The notes under the pieces: generated by a model
What the model was told of the DNA's origin: nothing
The model's input: only the letters and a program-made list of their open reading frames with translations
Databases searched by the model: none
Position numbers and translations under genes: made by a program
Part shown: in pieces, positions 58,610-64,000 of the stretch
Layout of the letters: each line of letters opens with the position of its first letter
Numbering within the stretch: position 1 is the stretch's first letter
From: a virus
Virus record (IMG/VR): IMGVR_UViG_3300036715_002535
Span: 1 to 64,000 of that record
DNA length: 64,000 nt
Strand: one strand, 5' to 3'

Positions 58610-61600
58610 ATGAAAGCACTGAAGATCGAAAACGAAAAGTATTTCTTTGAGGTGGATGACTACGGTCTATTTTGCATGGATTCTAAAGGTGTAGTGTGCC
58701 CTGAGGAATCTGGCTTCCACGGTAGCATCCATAATCAATCAGATCGAATTGAACTGGCCCGCTTCCTCGCGGATGTTTCGTGTGCCTTGGCAACTCCTAA
58801 GAAGGGGAAATTAAATGTCTAACGATCGCGTTTTCGAATCGCACCCCTCGTACGGGATGATGGGTTTCTTTCGTACTCAGTCAAGCGGTCGTGGACCTCG
58901 GCTGTTCCAGTCGCATACCGACAACAGCACCTTCATTCACCTGGTCATCAAGCAAGCCGAGGTGAGCCACTATCTCGGTCGAGACCGGGTCCACGGCAAG
59001 GAAGTGGTCGTGGACGTGGCTCTGTCGGCTTCTCAGTTCGCAGAGCTGCTCACCACCATGAACATGGGTGATGGAGTTCCCTGCACTATCACGAATATTG
59101 GTGGGAAGTCCATTCCGAATCCCCCGACCAGCGCTTCAGTGGCTGCGAAGGTTCGTTCCAACTTCCGTAAGGAAGTGCGGACCCAGATGGAAGGTCTGGA
59201 AAGTCTTCAGACCGAGATCGCTTCGATCTTGAGCAAGCCCAACATCCTGAAGACCGACAAGGAAAAGATCTCTTCGAAGATGACGGAGTTGATAAACCTG
59301 TTCAGCTCTCACGCTCCCTTCATGCTGGATTCGTTCGAGGAGGCTACGGAGAAGGTTGTCTCTTCTGGCAAGGCAGAGTTTGATGCCTTCCTGACTCACG
59401 CCATCAACAAGGCCGGTTTGGAAGCCTTCAAGAACAATGCTCCTTCCCTGGCCATGGATGTGGAACCCATTCAGACCCTCGAGGAGAAGAAGTGAAGTGG
59501 TCTGTCTACTACCGAACACCAATTTCTTGGGGTTACATAGATGTCGTGGCCAGCTCGAAAGAAGCTGCCGAGGCTGAAGCCCTCAAGAAGAATCCCATGA
59601 TCATCTACTCCAAGGCGTCTGAAGTATGAGGTTTCCAGTTGGGTGATCTATTCAATGCCGAACGAGGAGAAGGTCTCCTCATGAAAGTGGTTCGAAGCTT
59701 GATTGCGCTTTGCATCGCGATTTCTTTTGCAGGGGTGATGTCCTGCGTCCATTCTACTTTGGGGTTTCAATAATGCTTATCGAATCTCGCTTCGAACACA
59801 ACCTTCCGGTAGGTCAGTGGAAGATGCTTCGCAAACAGTTCTGTCACAATAATCCCAGGGTGACCGTTCGTATTGGGAGACGGTACGTCAATGTCTACGC
59901 GGACAACTTCGAAGCCTGCGAGGTTATGACCAATCTGATTCTGACTGCGCTTGCAGACTACACGAGGTAACAAATGAGAGATCTGGAATTCGAACTGAAC
60001 ATGGACCTCGTACGGCAGCGCGGGCTGACGGAGAAGGAGGTTCTTCATCTCTACGATCTGCACGAGGTTCGCGAGGAGCTATTCGAGCGCTTCGAGGCCA
60101 CAGCCGATCGGGAAGAGCTACGGGAGTTGGTCAACAAGCTGGAGACCCTCGAGTTCGAGATGCAGGTCGCGTGGAGGTTCCCAGTGGACCGCAACTTCCA
60201 CACCTGGTGGTACCGAGCGCCCAAGTGCCAGTGCCCTCAGATGGACAACATCGACGCCTTCGGCTCTGAACGCATCATCAACAAGCAGTGCCCTCTTCAC
60301 GGGGATTGAAATGGAAATCGTTCGACCCACATCTGACGACATCCAACGCGGTTGGGTCACCATGCCAGATGGCATCCACGCCTTCATTACCAGCGCCAGG
60401 GTGAAGTTCGATCGTTCGCAGAACACCTTCTGCAAGGAATGTGACTGCTACACCCTCCCGATCACTGCCATCTTCGAGAATGCTGACGGTACTGTGAATC
60501 CTCTCAACGGACGGTGAAGGTATGACCAAGAAACTTAACAACGATGTCATCGTCTACGTGAATGGAGTCATCTACAAACCCAGCGAGAACTACGCCTACC
60601 AGCTAATCTGTACGAAGACTAGTGGGTGGGAGCTATTCACCCTGAAGGAGCTCAAGCACCTCGTGCGGCTCCTCGAACCCCTGGAAGAAGCTGGCACACT
60701 CAACGTCCCCGGCCTCGCGACCCTGAACGGCGCACGGAAGGCCATCACCGAGGCGGAGGCCAAGTAACTATGGCAAAATTGAAGTACATCAACTTCGAAC
60801 ACATCGGTCTGGTCATTTTCGAGACGGCCATCGGCCACGATACCATGAAGCAGCTCGTTGGTCATACTGCCATCTCCGCGGGTTTCTGCCAGTTCCCTCA
60901 TAAGGATGAATGCGGAAACGAAGCCTCGTGCTTTGGAGAATCTGTTTCCCTGAAACTCAAAGCAACAGACGAGGATACCAAGCTCCTCCAAAGGCGCCTC
61001 AACCCTTACGGTTGGTAGGAATTTCGGGTTTCCATTAAGAGGTGTTTATGGTCTGGCTGGAGCACGCATTCGATCTCGAAGATGCGAAGAAGAAGTTCTT
61101 CGAAGCTCGGGAAGCATACATCAAGGCCAAGGACTCTCCGGTCAACAAGCCCAACTACGTGCTGGATCTTCAGGAAACCGAAGAGAAGATGAAGCTGCAG
61201 TACGAAGAACTGCAGAAGTGGAAGAACAAGAAACCCCTGACCTTTGATGTCCTGGGTCAGCTTCGACAGAATGCCCTTTCGCACCCAGATCCCAAGGTTC
61301 GAGCCAACTGTCAGATGGCAATGGCAAGTGTGGCACAAGAAATTCTGAAGTCCAAGCCTCAGAGCTTCCAGGACGCAATCAAGATCCGAACCGACATCGG
61401 AATGCTTCACCTGATGAACCTGGGCAAGACCTGGGAAGAGATCGAAGCCAGTGCAACCGAACCGAAAGACAAGATCCTCATATTCATACGTAACTTCATC
61501 GTGAAATGTTCGGAGGAGTTCAAGAAGGACGATCCGAACTTCGAACTGACACCTCCCCTTGAAATTGCAATCATCGAACGTATGGCAGCGGATCCAGAAC

Positions 61601-61626
61601 TACTTCAAATCACCCTCAATCGCTAA
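58610..61626 (+). other. Run of hypothetical phage genes (58610, 58815, 59492, 59773, 59974, 60311, 60522, 60770, about 61048)
   Basis: Contiguous same-strand ORFs with RBS or overlaps. Confidence 0.65.
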
Positions 61627-61637
61627 AGGAGCGGATC

Positions 61638-62015
61638 ATGAAGGTCTTTCTCATCATCCTCGGAGTGCTGGTTGCCCTCGTGGGTCTGCCCTGGCTGATC
61701 CAGGGAAACGACTTCTACCTCACCAAGATGTTCGCACCCAAGATGGAACAGGTCCGGTACGACACCTTCAAGCAGAGCAAGAGCCACATCGAAGGCAACA
61801 TAGATGATCTGCGCCAGGACTACCGCATCTGGATCAAGGGTGATGCCGAACAGCGTTCCATGATCCGGACCGGAGTGATCCAGAAGATGGACAAGATCGA
61901 CGAGAAGACCCTTCCGTCTGATCTGTACGAGTGGGTCCAGAAGCTCCGTCAGGAACCCACCGGTCTCGGCCAGATCAAGCCGAACCCGGTCAAGCCTCTT
62001 CAGAAGGTGCAGTAA
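61638..62015 (+). CDS. N-terminally membrane-anchored protein
   Basis: AAGGAG RBS; single hydrophobic segment. Confidence 0.75.
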   Translation: MKVFLIILGVLVALVGLPWLIQGNDFYLTKMFAPKMEQVRYDTFKQSKSHIEGNIDDLRQDYRIWIKGDAEQRSMIRTGVIQKMDKIDEKTLPSDLYEWVQKLRQEPTGLGQIKPNPVKPLQKVQ

Positions 62016-62527
62016 TGCGTAAGGCCATTCCCCTTCGTTGCCTCACCTTCCTCCTGATCTATGGACTGGGTGTTCTGACCATCGGCTGTACCCAAACGGC
62101 AGATTCAAAAGAGCGGGACATTCAAGAAGACATCCAGGCCCAGCTCTCAGCCAAGATGGGTCTCCCCTCGGTCAAGAATGGCGCCGAGATGCGTCTGATG
62201 AATCGCATCATCGAACAGCGGGATCAGAACAAGGCCACCTACACCTACGTGTGGTGCACCATGCAGGGCAAGTTCCGCTTCGTGGGCAATACGGTCGGCT
62301 TCCCAGTCCCCTATGCCACGCAGAGAACCAACCCCATGAAAGCCAGTAGCAATGGGTATGCGCTCCCTCAAGCCGACCCCAGTGGCCTGTTTTACCCGGC
62401 TAGCGCCGAAGGAACCTGGATTCTGATGAAGGATCCCAACGGTAAAGATGTTGATCCTCAGTACTTCGAGGAACGGATGAACACCCTCACCTTCAAACTG
62501 CCTCCCCGGCTTGTCATTCAGGACTGA
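62015..62527 (+). CDS. Phage lipoprotein
   Basis: TAATG coupling; LTIG-C lipobox; PQADP.GLF...SA.GTW. Confidence 0.75.
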   Translation: MRKAIPLRCLTFLLIYGLGVLTIGCTQTADSKERDIQEDIQAQLSAKMGLPSVKNGAEMRLMNRIIEQRDQNKATYTYVWCTMQGKFRFVGNTVGFPVPYATQRTNPMKASSNGYALPQADPSGLFYPASAEGTWILMKDPNGKDVDPQYFEERMNTLTFKLPPRLVIQD

Positions 62528-62731
62528 TCCTGATGTCAAGAAGGTTCTGGACTTCAATCTGAATACCCCTGTCGAGCTAACTGAGGAAACGAAGTTGGTG
62601 GATCTGCAGATGGATAGTCTGGACGACTTGGAAATGGTCATGGCCCTCGAAGAGAGGTTCGACATTCAGGTAGACGATCGGGATATAGAGAAGTTCGGGA
62701 CGTAGTGAACTGTCTTGCAAAACTCACTTGA
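62511..62731 (+). pseudogene. Acyl carrier protein-like gene, truncated/frameshifted
   Basis: DLQMDSLD.LEMVMALEERFDI; stop at 62705; last helix DVVNCLAKLT lies in another frame. Confidence 0.7.
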
Positions 62732-62745
62732 CAATTAAATTGTCA
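62727..62745 (+). promoter_or_regulatory. Degenerate palindromic element lacking -10
   Basis: cttgacaattaaattgtca then directly RBS GGAGG. Confidence 0.6.
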
Positions 62746-62763
62746 TCCGTGGAGGATCCAATC

Positions 62764-63054
62764 ATGGTATCCAGCAACAAGCGTGGTGTGATCGTACTGA
62801 ATGAGAAGTACGGCACACGTTACATCGAAGCGGATACTCCGGAACAGAAAGGTGAGGCAGCTTGCCGAATCATTCGTGAACGCATCACCAACAAGTGGTA
62901 CGATGAGCACGAAGTTGAAATGGCGAAGATGGTTCTTGACCTGGTCGATGTCGAGAAGCGCTATGCCCGTGCCTGGTCCTTCCTGAGCAAGCGAAATGGG
63001 TACGAGTACGAGGGAATCGAAATTGTTTTTCTCGAAACGGCATCGGGGGAATGA
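62764..63054 (+). CDS. Hypothetical protein
   Basis: GGAGG RBS. Confidence 0.65.
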   Translation: MVSSNKRGVIVLNEKYGTRYIEADTPEQKGEAACRIIRERITNKWYDEHEVEMAKMVLDLVDVEKRYARAWSFLSKRNGYEYEGIEIVFLETASGE

Positions 63055-63218
63055 TGTATCCCATGACCAGATTCCAGCAACGGTTGCTCAAGCGCATCTG
63101 TCGGAGACTGGTCGTACAAGGACCGGACCATCAGAAGAACATCATCATCAGATCATGGACCAAGCTGCCAAAGAGCAGTTCACAGAAGACAATGTCCCCA
63201 CCCTGAGAGGGTTCCTAC

Positions 63219-63665
63219 ATGAGTGTTTCATCCATACGTGAGAAGGTCCTCGAAGTTCTGAAGGATGGTCGTTATCGAACCACCGCTGGAGTGTGGTACG
63301 ATGGTAGGTTTCTCCCGCTCTTCCAACCAGCAGACATTCGCATTGAATTAAATCTGATGGTTGATGAGGGACTAATCTCAAAGGTTCGGGATAACTTCAT
63401 CGCCTACTTCTACATTCCCCAACCAGAGAAGCCCAAGAAAGTTCAGATCACCATCGCTGGCCTCACTGGATCCGGCAAGACCATCGTGGGGGCGATCATC
63501 GAGAAAGCACTCCGTGAAGCTGGGATCCAGGTTCAACCTTTCGTTTCCAAGGATGGAGATCAGGACTTCAAGAGGGATCTCCTCGAGGATGAGAGGATGA
63601 AAGAAGTCCTCCCCACTATCTCTGTGGTTATCGAAGAGAATCAGCTTCATAAGGGTCCTCAGTGA
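63219..63665 (+). CDS. Hypothetical protein with P-loop motif
   Basis: ITIAGLTGSGKT. Confidence 0.6.
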   Translation: MSVSSIREKVLEVLKDGRYRTTAGVWYDGRFLPLFQPADIRIELNLMVDEGLISKVRDNFIAYFYIPQPEKPKKVQITIAGLTGSGKTIVGAIIEKALREAGIQVQPFVSKDGDQDFKRDLLEDERMKEVLPTISVVIEENQLHKGPQ

Positions 63666-63883
63666 ACAAGCACCTTTCCGCAGATGTAGTCTGGTGGCTA
63701 CACGGAAAACCCATCTACGTTGATGGGGTTCAGATCGCGGAAGTGATTCGTAGTGCGGGTCACTTTACAATCCGTAACCTTCGTCCGAATGGTACAACTG
63801 GTGTCTGCTATACATCCAACACCAAGGAGGAGCTTCGTGGTTGGCTCGACAGCAACTATCCTGGTTGGAGTCAAGAGAAATGA
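63662..63883 (+). CDS. Hypothetical protein
   Basis: GTGA and ATGA overlaps. Confidence 0.6.
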   Translation: MNKHLSADVVWWLHGKPIYVDGVQIAEVIRSAGHFTIRNLRPNGTTGVCYTSNTKEELRGWLDSNYPGWSQEK

Positions 63884-64000
63884 CCTTCGCAGAGTTAGTT
63901 ACCACTCAAACCTGTTGTGGTTCCGCTCTCGAGGCCTAAGCGCTCTTCGACAACAGAGATCACTTTAGAACGAGATTCGTAAGGTCCAATCATCTTATCC

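Noticed and set aside
61638-62527. Two-component spanin
   Set aside because: Topology fits, but no holin or endolysin is adjacent, the context is the accessory region and the lipoprotein is larger and more globular than typical o-spanins; left unassigned.
32208-62745. Palindromic repeats as a CRISPR array or integron attC sites
   Set aside because: Copies are kilobases apart, bound multi-gene modules and embed -35/-10 boxes; no cas or integrase gene and no attC core sites seen.
1-64000. TGA or TAG stop-codon reassignment, suggested by a phage-encoded RF1
   Set aside because: Conserved genes are uninterrupted in the standard code and many end in TGA with ATGA/GTGA coupling. Reading through the release-factor TGA in frame does not give the homologous sequence; only +1 does.
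1-64000. tRNA genes accompanying the CCA enzyme
   Set aside because: No cloverleaf with T-loop consensus recognised by eye in intergenic gaps; tRNAscan-SE would be decisive.

Overview
This 64-kb window reads as part of a large tailed dsDNA phage (jumbo-type, standard genetic code). No rRNA, tRNA, CRISPR array or major capsid gene was recognised. Region 1-28.3 kb is morphogenesis: three GIY-YIG homing endonucleases, a terminase large subunit with a mini-intein in Walker A, portal, prohead protease, several tail-fibre genes (one ending in polyGly plus a Hint domain), a TGT/DpdA-like plus primase-like pair and nucleotide-metabolism genes. A solo TnpB follows. Region 29.6-64 kb is an accessory region cut into modules by about 10 intact copies of a palindromic promoter-like element (CCCTTGAC-N9-GTCAAGGG-TATATT). 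It carries two hemerythrins, a CCA-adding enzyme, a (p)ppGpp hydrolase, an exoribonuclease, QueC, a J-domain protein, a phosphatase, an SMR transporter, a kelch lipoprotein and a B12 radical-SAM methyltransferase of the RiPP-maturation family. Best candidate for an undescribed system: a domain-1-less, RF1-type (PxT) release factor whose gene is split by an RF2-style programmed +1 frameshift cassette (GGAGG-3 nt-CTT-TGA), so an RF1-like factor would be gated by UGA decoding. Other highlights: a portable N-terminal leader (MK[LF]x[IV]xA) on about 10 unrelated proteins, and a perfect 54-bp in-frame inverted repeat between two tail-fibre genes. All family assignments are by motif recognition by eye; no database search was run.
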